Below, piece by piece: positions 32,590 to 34,558 of a stretch of DNA of 34,558 nt; the first letter of the stretch is position 1; every line of letters begins with the position of its first letter. The notes below the pieces were generated by a model. That model ran no database searches and was not told the DNA's origin. It saw only the letters and a list, made by a program, of their open reading frames with translations. Source of the stretch: Octopus bimaculoides. Its lineage: Eukaryota. The DNA lies in assembly GCF_001194135.2 (NCBI RefSeq), contig NC_068990.1, positions 90,023,296 through 90,057,853 on the forward strand, given 5' to 3'. The translations under genes and the position numbers were made by a program.

Positions 32590-32635
32590 GACACCTGATG
32601 AAGGCTGGAGGGTACATCAGCCGAAATGTTGTGTT
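32590..32635 (+). ncRNA. Minimal type I hammerhead ribozyme motif (Penelope-type)
   Basis: Stem I ACAC(32591-94)/GTGT(32631-34); core CTGATGA 32595-32601; extra A; stem II GGCTG/CAGCC with 10-nt loop; GAAA 32623-26; stem III ATGT (ACGT expected); predicted cleavage after GTT at 32630. Confidence 0.75.
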
Positions 32636-32715
32636 AACAACAAACAAGATGAGGACAAATATCCGCCAAATGTAAATAATGTAAATAATTCCTCATCTCT
32701 TAAATATAGAACTGT
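32590..32715 (+). mobile_element. Penelope-like element terminal repeat fragment
   Basis: Carries the hammerhead; downstream 9-bp stem AGATGAGGA/TCCTCATCT. Confidence 0.55.
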
Positions 32716-32974
32716 GCTGTAAATGTGTCATATACATGTATATAAGATTCTTATACACACTTGTATAGATATCTACACATACCAGCATAGATACTTGTAT
32801 ATCGAATACATACATACATACATATCTGCATAGAATCCTCGCTCTCTCTCTTCGTTGATTTACACATGCTTTCATAAATGTATTGTCTACGTTTGAAAAC
32901 ACATGTATATATACACATGCGTATGTTCACATAAACATCTGCAGATGTACAGTCTCATGTATATACTCACATGC

Positions 32975-32981
32975 AGCCACC

Positions 32982-33025
<44 letters not shown>

Positions 33026-33184
33026 GGTACTCATACAGATGCATGTATATACTCACACACACATAAACTAGTGTACATTTACTCACCCATATACTCTGGC
33101 ATGTACACTCACATACACACACACACACACACACATGTAACATTTGTATTTGTAAAACAAAACAGAGTATACAACCTGAGGGAC

Positions 33185-33248
<64 letters not shown>

Positions 33249-33621
33249 TATACACATTAACACATGCTTAAGCACGCATCTGTGTGCATACACACATACA
33301 CAAACACACGCATACACACATACACATTAACACATGCTTATGCACACATATATTCATACACACACACACACACACACACATTATCACATGCTTATGCACA
33401 CGTGCACACACACACAGAGACATACACATTATAACATGCTTATGCACACATATATATGTGTGCACACACACAGACATACATAATCATGGACATTCTCACA
33501 CAAGCTTGCATACAAAGAAAAAAGTCATTTTGTACACACATATGTGTATACACATGCACACGTATATGTACACACATGTACACAACATAATTATACAGAC
33601 ACCAAAATAAACAATGTGCTT

Positions 33622-33719
<98 letters not shown>

Positions 33720-34160
33720 TTGCACAAACACATACTGCACAAATACACATATTCACATTATCTTCTTAGAGACACACAGACATATAAAAACATACACGTA
33801 CATACATGCAGGTATTCAAAAACCCAAACATAATTACACAATAAAATATACACACACACACACACATTTATACACAAAACCCCCCCAATTCACAAACACA
33901 CATACACACACTCATATGAATAGCTTCATACATAAACACCCATTTGCACCAATATTCATTCATATAAAATACGCACACTTATCCAAACACACAAACATAG
34001 AAATGTGTACAGCATATAGTCTTCACATATGCAAACGCATACATAAGCATACAACGTCTTAGATACGCATACATGCTACACATACGTGGACACACATACG
34101 AACCATCACATTCATAAACACACACATATAAGTACACACACGTGCATATGTTCTCACATG
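32975..34160. repeat. (CA)n-rich compound and cryptic microsatellite region
   Basis: Direct reading. Confidence 0.9.
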
Positions 34161-34487
34161 ACAGCAACAACGACGGCAACCCCTTCTCGCCCCCCCTCTC
34201 TTTCTCTCTCTCTCTCTCTCTCTGAATCCAAATACAGTCGGCAGCCATATTTGTCGAAGCAACAGTCACTACACTGACATAGTACTGCTCTTTCTCCCCC
34301 CCTCCCCCATCTTACCTGTCATCTCACCTGTCCTAACTATTAAATACATACCTGTATAGCTGTATATAATTAAAGTGAGAGCTAGTTACCATGACAACAA
34401 AGTGGCAGCAAGGATAGTGTTCTTTGTTCTATGGTGAACTAGGAGTCAAATTGAAATTATCATATATAACAAGCTGTGTGTGTTGTG

Positions 34488-34489
34488 TA

Positions 34490-34558
<69 letters not shown>
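34488..34558. repeat. (AT)n microsatellite to the window end
   Basis: Direct reading. Confidence 0.95.

Noticed and set aside
33252-33446. CRISPR-like appearance
   Set aside because: Spacers are CA microsatellite, context is eukaryotic, no cas genes.
778-34277. Most ORF-track entries (poly-HT, CV, YI, X runs)
   Set aside because: Translations of microsatellites and N gaps; no coding signal.

Overview
AT-rich eukaryotic (animal) genomic DNA from a gapped assembly. It has 10 N-runs totalling about 3.2 kb, several sitting directly against microsatellites. The repeat landscape (tRNA-derived SINE families, CORE-like SINEs, dense CA/AT/CAT microsatellites) looks like an octopod cephalopod; that is inference from remembered repeat consensus, not a search. 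Almost all ORF-track entries are microsatellite or gap artefacts. Real protein homology is limited to dead transposon fragments: two L1/Tx1-clade ORF2 3' remnants, a DD37D (maT) mariner and a degenerate Tc1. One convincing host exon (32211-32342, +) and two weaker candidates suggest the window is largely intronic. Two things stand out. (1) Penelope-type minimal hammerhead ribozyme motifs on the + strand: one nearly intact at 32590-32635 and two relics. (2) A 1.35-kb cluster of nested and crossing inverted repeats at 23744-25093: a 250-bp ~95% identical foldback, a crossing second pair, a MITE-like foldback and a template-switch palindrome, together able to form long dsRNA. No rRNA, intact tRNA gene, CRISPR array or intact transposase/RT ORF was found.
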